This document shows, one piece after another, positions 51,210 through 60,958 of a stretch of DNA of 64,000 nucleotides; position 1 is the stretch's first letter, and every line of letters begins with the position of its first letter. The translations under genes were made by a program, and so were the position numbers. Origin of the DNA: Chloroflexota bacterium (GTDB taxonomy: Bacteria; Chloroflexota; Dehalococcoidia; Dehalococcoidales; UBA5760); the NCBI GenBank assembly GCA_015222205.1, contig JADFUW010000002.1:1303-65302 (forward strand). Reading direction: 5' to 3'. Below the pieces are notes generated by a model, which saw nothing but the letters and a program-made list of their open reading frames with translations, did not search any database and was not told the origin of the DNA.

Positions 51210-53621
51210 GTGAGCAAAGAAGGAATTGGGAACATGGGTGATACCCTTGATTTTTGCCAGTTGGCGGATTACACCCCACTGGAGTGGTTGCAAGAGGAGG
51301 ATAAGGTACCCCAGTTGAAAATTGACTCAAAGCTAAGAGACCAGATTCGTGAATATCTGCAGAAGCAGGGTTACGAGATAACCGAGGGAGCTAGGCTCGC
51401 CGGTAAGTCGGGGATTGAGCATAGCTTTGACATGGTGGCGCAAAGGGAAGATGGTTTTACTAACTATACTGTGGCTATCTGCATTGCGGCTGGGGGTGAT
51501 AGAGAAACAGAAGTGAACACAATTTTTGGCTTTGCCAACAAAGCCTACGATACCGGTATCCATGACCGGGTTCTCATTGCCGTTCCTGAGCTTAGTCGAG
51601 AGGCGAAACAGTTGGCCCGCAAGCAGCGAATAAAGGTCATTGATGGAGAAAAAATAGGGGCGTTATTAGCCCTGGAGCCTATGCCACCAGTTAAACTAAA
51701 CGAGCCCTTTAGCTTTGAGACAAAGGAGCAATTGGTGGAATCGTTAGTGAACCGAGGCTATGTGGTTGAGGAGAATGCCAAGGTTCAAAGCCGCTCAGGG
51801 GTTGAGTATAGCTTTGATATATTGGCTCATATTGATATGGATAACGTTGGCCACAGCCTAGGCATAGATTTCCTGACTGGGGAGAGGGAGATAGGTCTGG
51901 AACAGGTGTCCTTATTTGATACTAAAGCCTACGAGACCGGCATCGACGATAAGGTCATTGTTGTGTCGCCGGGGCTTAGCCCTGAAGCGAAGCAATTTGC
52001 CCAGCACCAGCGGATAAGAGTCTTTGGGTTAGGTCGAAAGTCGGTTTCTAAAGACTCAGTAACTGAAAAAACCCCTACCCAGCCAGTGGAGAAACCAACT
52101 AAGTTAGCCCCCACCAAGCCTCGGACTAGGCAGCTGCGGCAAATGGTTCAACCTGAGGCGTTGCAACTGGTTCCCGAGGTGATGGCGAGAAGGTATAATG
52201 CTATACCTTTGGCTATCTCTGGTAACACGCTGAAGGTAGCTATGGCTGACCCGACGGATATCTTTGCCCTGGAGGCTTTCACTGCCCAGAGTAAGAAGAG
52301 AATTCAGCCTGTAGCCGCTGGTGCCAAGGAAGTTAGGGAGGCTATCGACTTTAGTTATAAAAGCTACGGCGAGATTGAGAAGCAGATTTCTAGTATCTCC
52401 ATCCCATCTGATGCCCTTGATGAGAGGCTGGCTATTGATGCTGCCGTTGATGCTCCTCTAGCTCAGGCTCTCGACCTCATTGTTGGAGAAGCGTTTAAGG
52501 CTCGCTCATCTGATATTCATATTGAGCCAGAAGAGGACAGGGTGAGGGTGCGCTATCGTATCGATGGTACGCTTCAAGATATGATGTCCCTGCCGCTAAA
52601 CATACATCGGGCTATTATTTCTCGAATTAAAATCCTGTCTGATATGAATATTGCTGACCATCATCATGCCCAAGATGGCCAATTCTCTACTGAGGCTAAA
52701 GGGCGGGAAATAGACATTCGTGTAGCTACTAGTCCCACTGTCTCTGGTGAGATGGCGGTACTACGTCTTCTTGACAAATCACGAGCTACTTTAGGGTTAG
52801 CCGACCTTGGTCTCCTGCCGGATAGCCTGGCAAAGTACGAAAGCATGCTCAAGGTTCCTTACGGCATGATTTTGATTAGCGGCCCTACTGGGGCCGGTAA
52901 AACTACTACTTTATATGCTTCAATCAATTCCCTTGATACCCTGGGCAGGAACATCATTACTATTGAAGACCCGGCTGAATATCGGTTCCGGGATATTAAC
53001 CAGATCCAGGTTAATCCTCAAGCTGGTATTACCTTTGCCCGGGGACTACGGTCTATACTTCGTCTTGACCCTGATGTCATATTGGTCGGTGAGATACGTG
53101 ACGCTGAGACAACTAACATAGCGGTTCAGTCAGCTTTAACCGGACACCTGATGCTCTCTTCTATCCATGCTAGCGATGCTGCCGGTGTGCTTACCCGACT
53201 CATTGACCTGGGTGTAGAACCCTTCTTAATAGCCTCATCGGTTATTGGTATTATGGCTCAGCGAATGGTGCGTCGCGTCTGTCCTGATTGCAGCCACCTT
53301 ATTGAGGCGCCTCTGGTAGAACGGATGGCTTATGAAAAGGAAATTGGGGAAGAGAGGACTGAATTTTTATATGGTACCGGCTGTGAGACATGTGCTTATA
53401 CCGGTTATCTGGGTCGGACTGGAATCTTTGAGATTCTAGCTATGAGTGATGATATAAGAACCCTCCTCTGTAATCAAGCTAGTAGCAGCGATATTCGTGC
53501 TCAGGCAGTTAAAGAGGGGATGACATCTATGATGAATGATGGCATGCGTAAAGTAAAAGAAGGTATTACTACTCCTGTTGAAGTGCTGCGTAGTGCCTAC
53601 TCTCCTGATTTGAAGCTGTGA
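51210..53621 (+). CDS. pilB: type IV pilus assembly ATPase PilB/GspE family with two extra N-terminal restriction-endonuclease-like modules
   Basis: 803 aa. T2SSE N-domain (ARRYNAIPLAISGNTLKVAMADP), Walker A GPTGAGKTTT, Asp/His boxes and the tetracysteine CPDC...CETC are present. Residues ~40-270 are an internal duplication of a ~115-aa module. Confidence 0.92.
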   Translation: MSKEGIGNMGDTLDFCQLADYTPLEWLQEEDKVPQLKIDSKLRDQIREYLQKQGYEITEGARLAGKSGIEHSFDMVAQREDGFTNYTVAICIAAGGDRETEVNTIFGFANKAYDTGIHDRVLIAVPELSREAKQLARKQRIKVIDGEKIGALLALEPMPPVKLNEPFSFETKEQLVESLVNRGYVVEENAKVQSRSGVEYSFDILAHIDMDNVGHSLGIDFLTGEREIGLEQVSLFDTKAYETGIDDKVIVVSPGLSPEAKQFAQHQRIRVFGLGRKSVSKDSVTEKTPTQPVEKPTKLAPTKPRTRQLRQMVQPEALQLVPEVMARRYNAIPLAISGNTLKVAMADPTDIFALEAFTAQSKKRIQPVAAGAKEVREAIDFSYKSYGEIEKQISSISIPSDALDERLAIDAAVDAPLAQALDLIVGEAFKARSSDIHIEPEEDRVRVRYRIDGTLQDMMSLPLNIHRAIISRIKILSDMNIADHHHAQDGQFSTEAKGREIDIRVATSPTVSGEMAVLRLLDKSRATLGLADLGLLPDSLAKYESMLKVPYGMILISGPTGAGKTTTLYASINSLDTLGRNIITIEDPAEYRFRDINQIQVNPQAGITFARGLRSILRLDPDVILVGEIRDAETTNIAVQSALTGHLMLSSIHASDAAGVLTRLIDLGVEPFLIASSVIGIMAQRMVRRVCPDCSHLIEAPLVERMAYEKEIGEERTEFLYGTGCETCAYTGYLGRTGIFEILAMSDDIRTLLCNQASSSDIRAQAVKEGMTSMMNDGMRKVKEGITTPVEVLRSAYSPDLKL

Positions 53622-53629
53622 GGTGAAAT

Positions 53630-54841
53630 ATGGATTATGCTTATGTAGCCTATACTAGAGATAGGAGATTGGTTAAGGGTAAGCTCTCTGCTACCAGCGA
53701 GGAAGTGGCGGTTGACATATTGGGTTATGGTGGCTATCAAGTGCTTAGTCTCAAGCAATTTATCCCCTTTTTTGATAAGAGGAAGCTAGCCAGTCGCTTT
53801 TCTCAGCTAAAACCGACAGAAATAGTAATGTTTTCCCGTCAGCTAGCCTTATTGCTTGAAGCAGGTATTGACATTGTTACTTCTTTGGGGCTGTTACAGA
53901 ACCAGACGACCAGTCAAACCCTGAAACGGGTGATTGGTGAGGTGGTTGCTGATATTCGTGGCGGTAGCGCGCTGTCAGTGGCGCTAAGTAAACATCCCCG
54001 AGTTTTCTCGCAACTATACCATCGGGCAATATCTGCTGGTGAGCAAGGTGGTAATCTGGAAGTGGTGCTGAGGCAAATGGCTGACCATATAGAGAAAGGA
54101 GTTACCACCGAAAAGAAGGTGAAGGGAGCCCTGACCTATCCTATTATCGTTGGCGTGGTAGCTATTGTCGTGGTAGGTATACTAGTCTCCTATGTTTTGC
54201 CCAGCTTCACCTCTTTATACGCTGCATTTGATGTTGAATTACCCTTACCAACGAGGATAGTTATGGGGATTAGTGACTGGTTTAGCCAGTACGGACTCTA
54301 TCTTGGGTTGGGGATAGCCGCTATCTTTGGCTCTATCTTTGCTTACGTCAAAACCCCGGCCGGAAAGTATCAATGGGATAGCTTATTACTCAGGTTACCT
54401 GTATTTGGGCGTATTAACCTCCTTAATCAGCTTTCTCGTTGTTGTCGAACAATGGCGCTGTTATTTAAGGTCGGCGTGCCTGTACCGGAGATTATGGTAG
54501 TAGCCATTTATGGCACTACTAATAAGGTTGTGGCTGAAGCTTTGACTGAGATTCAGGGTGAGCTATTAAAGGGCGAAGGCTTATCCCAACCCATGTCAAG
54601 GAGAAAGCTATTTCTACCCTTGATGGTGCAGATGGTCGGGGTCGGTGAGGAAACCGGCAACCTTGATGCCACACTAACCACTGTAGCCCAGAGCTACGAA
54701 GCCGAGGCTGAGGATAAGACCAGTGCTGCTGTTGCCCTTATTCAACCAGCTATGACCATAATTATTGGAGCCGTAGTTGGCTTTATTGCCCTGTCTCTGA
54801 TTTCAGCTATGTATTCTATCTATGGTGAGGTAAGTTTCTAG
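53630..54841 (+). CDS. pilC: type II secretion/type IV pilus platform protein PilC/GspF family
   Basis: 403 aa. Two T2SSF repeats and three TM segments. Immediately after pilB. Confidence 0.92.
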   Translation: MDYAYVAYTRDRRLVKGKLSATSEEVAVDILGYGGYQVLSLKQFIPFFDKRKLASRFSQLKPTEIVMFSRQLALLLEAGIDIVTSLGLLQNQTTSQTLKRVIGEVVADIRGGSALSVALSKHPRVFSQLYHRAISAGEQGGNLEVVLRQMADHIEKGVTTEKKVKGALTYPIIVGVVAIVVVGILVSYVLPSFTSLYAAFDVELPLPTRIVMGISDWFSQYGLYLGLGIAAIFGSIFAYVKTPAGKYQWDSLLLRLPVFGRINLLNQLSRCCRTMALLFKVGVPVPEIMVVAIYGTTNKVVAEALTEIQGELLKGEGLSQPMSRRKLFLPLMVQMVGVGEETGNLDATLTTVAQSYEAEAEDKTSAAVALIQPAMTIIIGAVVGFIALSLISAMYSIYGEVSF

Positions 54842-54853
54842 GAGCTAGAGTCA

Positions 54854-55276
54854 ATGAAAAGTGAAAAGGGTTTTAGTTTAATCGGGGTAGTAATAGCCAT
54901 GGCTTTAGTGGGTATAATTGCGATTGCCTTTCTTGGCGGCTTGGCTAATGCCTCTAAGACTCTGTTTATTGCTGATGAGCGGGAGACTGCCAAAGACCTG
55001 GCAGAAAGCCAGATAGAATATGTTAAGAACCAAGATTATATTGCCGCTCTTGAGGGGGGTGAGGCAACCTATAACAACATTGACGAACCCCTGGGCTACG
55101 CTGTTATGAGTATCAACCGTAACAGTGAAACTGTTGAAGAGATAATAGGTGTTCCCTGGGATACTCAAAATAATCAACCATCAACTACTGACGATGGTAT
55201 CCAAAAAGTAGTAGTTGTCATTAAGCATCTCGGCAAGGAAGTAATCGGGTTAGAAAGCTATAAGGTAAACCGATGA
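54854..55276 (+). CDS. prepilin-type N-terminal cleavage/methylation domain protein (candidate major pilin)
   Basis: 140 aa. Class III signal MKSEKG|FSLIGVVIAMALVGII. Position +5 is Gly, not Glu. Confidence 0.8.
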   Translation: MKSEKGFSLIGVVIAMALVGIIAIAFLGGLANASKTLFIADERETAKDLAESQIEYVKNQDYIAALEGGEATYNNIDEPLGYAVMSINRNSETVEEIIGVPWDTQNNQPSTTDDGIQKVVVVIKHLGKEVIGLESYKVNR

Positions 55277-55824
55277 TATTTCGCAGGCTTAGATTGGTAC
55301 ATAAGAACCAGAGGGGTTTTACTATAATTGGGCTGATTATGGCTATCGCCGTTACCGGTCTTATCAGCACTGGTGTCACGATGACTATTTTCCAGATGCT
55401 TGATTATAATGCTCGTGATACAGCCCGTATGACCGCTGTCAAGCAGCTGGAAAATGCTGTCCATTGGATTAGCCGTGATGGCCAGATGGCTCAAACCGTG
55501 ATAGATTCCGATGACCCGGCAACCGCAGATGTTACTGAGTTCTTTGTCTTGAGCTGGACTGAGTGGAATAATGATGTGCACCGGGTTGCTTATGTCCTGG
55601 AAGGTGGCGAGCTTAAACGGAGCTATTACATCAACCCCGGAGAGCCAAGCGAGACCCTGGTGGAGATTATGGTGGCTCAACATATTGTCCCTAGTGAGTC
55701 AAGCTGTGTTTGGAATGATATTGCGGGCAGGATTACCTTTACCTTAACTACCGCTGTGAGCCATGGCTCAGGGGAGGCTACCGAGGTTCGGGTATGGGAG
55801 GTTACCCCCAGGCCAAGCTTATAA
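55273..55824 (+). CDS. prepilin-type pilin-like protein (minor pilin candidate)
   Basis: 183 aa. ...NQRG|FTIIGLIMAIAVTGLI. ATGA overlap with the previous gene. +5 Gly again. Confidence 0.75.
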   Translation: MIFRRLRLVHKNQRGFTIIGLIMAIAVTGLISTGVTMTIFQMLDYNARDTARMTAVKQLENAVHWISRDGQMAQTVIDSDDPATADVTEFFVLSWTEWNNDVHRVAYVLEGGELKRSYYINPGEPSETLVEIMVAQHIVPSESSCVWNDIAGRITFTLTTAVSHGSGEATEVRVWEVTPRPSL

Positions 55825-55841
55825 CAAACGAGTATAGTGTG

Positions 55842-56987
55842 ATGAGTAAAAGGATAAGAGTGTCACTAAATAAATCCATAAAAGGGGAGAGGGGACAGGC
55901 GCTCGTTTTAGTCTTAATCATGCTGCTTTTGGGCGGTCTTATAATTGCTCCTCTCCTGGCTTATATGGGCACTGGGATTAAGACCGGCCTGGTATTTGAG
56001 AAAAAGACCGATGAGCTATATGCTGCCGATGCCGGTGTAGAGGACGCAGTATGGAAAATAATGAGCGAGGTTGCCAGCCTGCCCAGTGAGGAAAATCCCA
56101 TGCCGCTAACGTATACCGTTGCTGATGTGAATAGTAAAGATGCGGGGGTTACTGTAACCTATGAAGGCAAGGATAGTGAGGGCGGGGATGTTTATTTAAT
56201 TACCTCAACCGCCGATGAAACTGAAATTAAATCCTATGTTGTGCTAAGCGGCGGTTTTGGTATGATATTGGACAGTGTTATCACCTCTCAGGCTGATTAT
56301 ACACTGCAAGGCCCGACTAGTGTCACCCCCGGCGAGGGAGAAGAACACGGGCCTGTAGCTAACTATAACGGGGACTGGCCTACACCTGAGGAGCTTGCTG
56401 CATTTTACTGGCAAGATGTAGAAGATGAAGTCCCTTATGCTTCTGGCACTTTAGATGTCAAAGACTGGGCTGCTACTGGAATTGGGCCACTTTATAGAGA
56501 CGGAACGCTGAGCATACAAAACAGCGGAGCTAGCGGGTTAACATTGCAACTTAATGGAACTGTCTATATTACCGGTGATACACTGATTGGGACGATCAAC
56601 CATGATTTCACTATCAACCTTAACGGGAATACAATATTTGTTGAAAGCGCCACCATAGGTAGCCCATATGCCCTGGAAATCGGGAATAAATGCACCATTA
56701 CCGGCTCGGGGTGCATTATTGCTGTTGGTGACATTCAGTTTAAACCAAATTTGAACGCCAGCCCTGGCGATTATGTTCTTGTTATGTCTGTAACAGGCAT
56801 GACTTATATGCAACCTAACGGTGATTTCTACGGCACTTTGGCCGGTAGCTCTGAAGTTCAGATACAAAATGGTGATGCTTATTGGACTGACCCATCTGAT
56901 GTTGAGGGTGGATTAAACTTCCCTGGTGGGGGTGGTGGGGGCAGCAGCGGTCGTAGTCTAAAGATACATACCTGGGGGATTAGCTGA
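55842..56987 (+). CDS. PilX-N-like pilus-associated protein with C-terminal poly-Gly
   Basis: ATG 55842 (the track ORF starts at 55794). GERGQALVLVLIMLLLGGLII resembles PilX N-terminal segments. The large beta-rich body ends in GGGGGSSG. Confidence 0.55.
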   Translation: MSKRIRVSLNKSIKGERGQALVLVLIMLLLGGLIIAPLLAYMGTGIKTGLVFEKKTDELYAADAGVEDAVWKIMSEVASLPSEENPMPLTYTVADVNSKDAGVTVTYEGKDSEGGDVYLITSTADETEIKSYVVLSGGFGMILDSVITSQADYTLQGPTSVTPGEGEEHGPVANYNGDWPTPEELAAFYWQDVEDEVPYASGTLDVKDWAATGIGPLYRDGTLSIQNSGASGLTLQLNGTVYITGDTLIGTINHDFTINLNGNTIFVESATIGSPYALEIGNKCTITGSGCIIAVGDIQFKPNLNASPGDYVLVMSVTGMTYMQPNGDFYGTLAGSSEVQIQNGDAYWTDPSDVEGGLNFPGGGGGGSSGRSLKIHTWGIS

Positions 56988-57001
56988 AGTAGGAGTGGTT
57001 A

Positions 57002-57682
57002 ATGAAGTTTGGTAAGACAGCCCAGATAATTCTGACAGTCGGCATTTTTGCCGTTGCCCTTATCATGCTGTATAGAATGAATCTGCAACAGGGGGTTGAG
57101 CAGGAGCAGCTAAATATGCAGTTGGCTACGAGTCAGGGTCTTCTGCCCAAGCTCACCGCTGAAGAGGAGGATTTGCAAAGCCAGCTTACCCAGTTAAACA
57201 GCAACCTGGCTGAAGCCACCTTATCACTTGGTGAGGCTAAAGGAAGATTCCCTAGTTCAGTAGAGAGTATTGAATACGACGAGGTATTATTTGAGCTGGC
57301 GTATGAGTGTGACCTGGATATAATATCACTCGTTGCCTCAGAGCCGGCTGATGAGGAGGTAGAGGTTGAGCTGGAGGCGGATGAGGAGGACCAAGAGGTA
57401 GATAATGTTACCTACTCTGTTACTTTTTTTGAAATAGAGGTGCAGGGTAAGGCGGCGACATCAACCCTTGAAACAGAGGCGGAGTGTAAGGAATATATTT
57501 ATCAGACCGTGGCTGACATACTCAGCTATTTTAGCGCAGTAGCCAGTGGAGATTACTTCACTACCGCCACTGCGGAGCTGGTAAAGATTAGTGTTCCTGA
57601 ACCTGCTATAGGGGAAGAAGGAGAAGTTGAGGCAGCGTCAGCTACCATTAAGCTTGGCGTTTACAGCTATGAAGGTGAATAG
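57002..57682 (+). CDS. PilO-like pilus assembly protein (TM + coiled coil + acidic insert)
   Basis: 226 aa. N-terminal TM helix IILTVGIFAVALIMLY, a coiled coil, and an acidic run EPADEEVEVELEADEEDQEVD. The assignment rests on architecture and context. Confidence 0.45.
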   Translation: MKFGKTAQIILTVGIFAVALIMLYRMNLQQGVEQEQLNMQLATSQGLLPKLTAEEEDLQSQLTQLNSNLAEATLSLGEAKGRFPSSVESIEYDEVLFELAYECDLDIISLVASEPADEEVEVELEADEEDQEVDNVTYSVTFFEIEVQGKAATSTLETEAECKEYIYQTVADILSYFSAVASGDYFTTATAELVKISVPEPAIGEEGEVEAASATIKLGVYSYEGE

Positions 57683-57684
57683 TT

Positions 57685-59166
57685 ATGGCTGAAGTTACTC
57701 TATTTATTGAAGATACTGCCATCAGGCTGTTAGTGGCTAAAGGTCGGCGAGTGGAAAAGTGGGCAACACTGCCACTAGAGCCAGGTTTAGTGAGCGATGG
57801 GGTCATTCTTGATGAAGCTCAGGTGGCTAGCCGGCTCAAAGAGCTATTTAGGCTCCAAAGAGTAGGGGTAAGAACGGTCACTGCTGGTTTAAGTGGGTTC
57901 AACTCTATATATCGTCTGGTTTCTCTGCCTGAGCTACCGCCGGCTATACTTCCTGAGGCGGTAAAGCAAGAGGCGAGCCGGGTGATACCGACACCTATAG
58001 ACCAGGTTTACCTTTCATATCAGTCTATTCCTGCCCCAGCAGGGGAGACGCGTGTTTTTATGGCGGCTTTCCCCCGAAATACGACTGATGCTTTACTCAG
58101 GACGCTGAATAAGGCTGGTCTTAAGGCAAGCACTATGGACCTAGCCCCTTTAGCCCTGTGCCGAACTGTTGATGTACCTCAAGCTGTAGTTGTTGATGTT
58201 CGTTCTGCCAGCTTTGATATTGTTGTTATGGTGGATAGGGTGCCCCAGGTAATTCGCGGTCTTTCTCTACCCAGTGAGGCTAAGTCTCTATCGGAGAGGC
58301 TGCCGTCCATTGCTGAAGAACTTAATAGAACTATTGCCTTTTATAATTCTAGCCACCAGGAAAAGCCCTTAGATTCAACCGTGCCTATATTTGTCTCTGG
58401 TGACCTAGCTGTAGAGCCGGACATCTGGCAATCGCTGGTTGGTACCTCCGGTTATTCTGTCTCAGCATTGCCATCGCCTATGCAATCCCTTGAGGGGTTT
58501 GACCCCAGCCAATTTATGGTTAATATTGGGCTGGCTCTCAAGAAACTATCACTGGAGAAGGAGGGGGCGCTTTTCTCTTTGGTGAACTTTAACACCATGC
58601 CTGAGGCTGAAAAGCCTAAGGGTATATCTTTATCTAAGATTCTTATGCCGGTTGGTATTGTAATTGGTACTGGCTTAGTTTTCTGGATGGTAACGCTTGT
58701 CCAGAATAGCATGGCTCATACTGAGACCCTGCGTTCTCAGCTGCTACCTATTGAGAGCCGCATTACTGAGCAGCGCCAGGAGATAGTGGCCGTTATGGAA
58801 GGGATTAAGCTGATAGAACCGCAGGTTGAGCCGTTAGAGGCTACGGCGAGTATTTTTGAGACCACATTTACCAGTCTAGGAGAAGAGCGTGACCAGGTTG
58901 ATGGCGATTTGAGTAGGATTGTTGGCTTGTTGCCCGAGAGTGTAAATTTGACTGATATTAATCATAGCGTTGCTCAGGTGATAGTAAGCGGTATAGCTCC
59001 AGATGAGGATGGCATTTTTGAGTATGCCAGAAATTTAAGGAGTAGTGGTCGTTTCTCTATGGTTGTTATCTCATCTATAGATACTTCTATAGAGGCAGAG
59101 GGGGAAGAAGAGGAAATTACGGGTTTTAGTTTTGAGTTTCTACTTATAACTAACATAGGGGAGTAA
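57685..59166 (+). CDS. PilM (actin-like ATPase fold) fused to a PilN-like TM/periplasmic segment
   Basis: 493 aa. The N-terminal ~300 aa have a PilM-like pattern, followed by TM helix ILMPVGIVIGTGLVFWMVTLV and a coiled-coil plus alpha/beta tail. Confidence 0.65.
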   Translation: MAEVTLFIEDTAIRLLVAKGRRVEKWATLPLEPGLVSDGVILDEAQVASRLKELFRLQRVGVRTVTAGLSGFNSIYRLVSLPELPPAILPEAVKQEASRVIPTPIDQVYLSYQSIPAPAGETRVFMAAFPRNTTDALLRTLNKAGLKASTMDLAPLALCRTVDVPQAVVVDVRSASFDIVVMVDRVPQVIRGLSLPSEAKSLSERLPSIAEELNRTIAFYNSSHQEKPLDSTVPIFVSGDLAVEPDIWQSLVGTSGYSVSALPSPMQSLEGFDPSQFMVNIGLALKKLSLEKEGALFSLVNFNTMPEAEKPKGISLSKILMPVGIVIGTGLVFWMVTLVQNSMAHTETLRSQLLPIESRITEQRQEIVAVMEGIKLIEPQVEPLEATASIFETTFTSLGEERDQVDGDLSRIVGLLPESVNLTDINHSVAQVIVSGIAPDEDGIFEYARNLRSSGRFSMVVISSIDTSIEAEGEEEEITGFSFEFLLITNIGE

Positions 59167-59170
59167 CGAT

Positions 59171-60253
59171 ATGGATATTTTCCCATTGCTTCACACAGCT
59201 AAGTCAAGGGGTGCCTCTGATTTGCACCTGGTTACCTCCAGCCCGCCGCTAGTGCGTGTTAACGGTTGTCTGGAGCCGGTAAACAGTGTGGCGCCACTGA
59301 CTGCTAACGAGATAAGCCAGGCTTTTCTTCAGATAACTACGCCTGAAGAGAGGGAGAACTTCCACCGTCAATTGGAGCTTGATTTTAATTACACCTTATC
59401 CGGGGTTGGTCGTCTCCGTTGTAATGCTGCTCAGCAGCGTGGTGCTATCAGCCTTGCCGTGCGTCTGTTGCCACCAGAAATTCCGACTATAGATGAACTG
59501 GAGCTGCCTCAGATATATAAGGAGCTTTCCCTAAAGCCAAGGGGGTTGATAATAGTTACCGGGCCTACCGGTAGTGGTAAGACTACCTCACAGGCGGCTA
59601 TGATTCGGTATTTAAATGAAAATGAAAGCCGTCATGTGGTTACCATTGAAGACCCGATTGAGTATATCCACCCCAGTACAAAATGTGCTATAACCCAGCG
59701 GGAGCTGGGGAGCGATACCTTGTCCTTTGCTGAAGCACTGAGGCGTGTCTTGAGACAGGACCCGGATGTAATTCTGGTAGGTGAGATGAGGGATTTGGAT
59801 ACAGCAGCGGCGGTGCTTTCAATAGCTGAGACCGGGCACTTGGTATTAAGTACTGGTCATGCCCCCAGTGCCAGCCAGGCAGTAGAGAGGGTAATAGATT
59901 TGTTTCCACCTTATGAGCGGCACTTGGCTCAGACGCGGTTGGCATCTCTACTGATTGCCGTAATGTTTCAGACACTTGTTCCTAGGGCTGACGGCTCAGG
60001 GAGAATAGCCGCTCTGGAGATTATGCTGGCTAATTCACCGGTAAGGAATCTCATTCGTGAAGGCAAAATCTATCAGTTACCCAATGTAATCCGAACTAGT
60101 CGGAATGTCGGCATGATTTCACTTGATGAGTCCTTGGTTAGCCTCTATCTTAAGCGAATCATCAGCGGTGAAAACCTGTTTACTTTCTGTAACGACCGCC
60201 AGGAAGTGGAGAAGCTTATCGGTGGGGTGGAGATGAAAAGCCCGGTGGCTTAA
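59171..60253 (+). CDS. pilT: type IV pilus retraction ATPase PilT
   Basis: 360 aa. GASDLHL, Walker A GPTGSGKTT, ILVGEMRD and AIRNLIREGK-like (PVRNLIREGK) are PilT hallmarks. Confidence 0.93.
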   Translation: MDIFPLLHTAKSRGASDLHLVTSSPPLVRVNGCLEPVNSVAPLTANEISQAFLQITTPEERENFHRQLELDFNYTLSGVGRLRCNAAQQRGAISLAVRLLPPEIPTIDELELPQIYKELSLKPRGLIIVTGPTGSGKTTSQAAMIRYLNENESRHVVTIEDPIEYIHPSTKCAITQRELGSDTLSFAEALRRVLRQDPDVILVGEMRDLDTAAAVLSIAETGHLVLSTGHAPSASQAVERVIDLFPPYERHLAQTRLASLLIAVMFQTLVPRADGSGRIAALEIMLANSPVRNLIREGKIYQLPNVIRTSRNVGMISLDESLVSLYLKRIISGENLFTFCNDRQEVEKLIGGVEMKSPVA

Positions 60254-60302
60254 AGAAAAGCTGCGGTAAAGGCGATAACTCTATCGATTAACATACCCCC
60301 TT

Positions 60303-60330
60303 CCCCTTTGACTGAGAAGGGGTACTTTTT
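60303..60330 (+). terminator. intrinsic terminator of the pilus operon
   Basis: CCCCTT-(8 nt loop)-AAGGGG followed by TACTTTTT, 50 nt after the pilT stop. Confidence 0.55.
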
Positions 60331-60630
60331 GAGCTTACTACTAGGTGCCCTTTCCTCTAATGTTTCCTTGAACTAACTGCTGGGTGGCCTTTCCCCATCT
60401 TGCCGACAAATTGTCTGGCATTCCCCATCACTGGATAGTACATCTAGACACGAAATCCATAGTGGTGATGAGCATAATGATATGTAATGCTAGCTGGTGG
60501 GATTGGGCGGCACATCAAGCTTCTTACTTTTAATAAGATGACATTCAATCTAAAGGTCAAAAAATAGCTAACAAGTAGCTGACCAACGTAATGGTGTGGG
60601 TTATCACCAACTGGTATTTTAGCTTTGAAA

Positions 60631-60704
60631 TCGGGGTGGGCGGATTTGAACCGCCGACCACCTGAACCCCATTCAGGTGCGCTACCTGGCTGCGCTACAC
60701 CCCG
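60631..60704 (-). tRNA. tRNA-Pro (anticodon GGG)
   Basis: Hand-folded cloverleaf. Acceptor CGGGGTG/CACCCCG, D-arm GCGC/GCGC, anticodon arm CCTGA-ATGGGGT-TCAGG (U33, GGG, G37), T-arm GGCGG-TTCAAAT-CCGCC, discriminator A. CCA is not encoded. Confidence 0.95.
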
Positions 60705-60958
60705 ACTGACTCTTAGTACTTTGCAACCACATATTAGCATAATTCATTTTGGTGAGCAAATAAAGCTTATCTGTATAGCTAGGGTAACCAGATTTTCCAC
60801 TTTCTCATTGGATGTGGGGCATTTCTCTTTGGGATTAGGGCTAGTCGCCATCGGTTTGGTTATGGACAGGAACAATACAAATCTGCTAACATTAATATCT
60901 TGGCAAGGGAGATAGAAGATTTTAGTCACTAGTAGAGGAGAGGGGTAGTTATAGCACA

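Noticed and set aside
60254-60630. Partial tRNA or att-like repeat upstream of tRNA-Pro (GGTGGGATTGGGCGG at ~60496-60510 vs GGGGTGGGCGGATTT in the tRNA)
   Set aside because: The similarity is short and imperfect, with no flanking integrase or island. It is not distinguishable from chance by eye.
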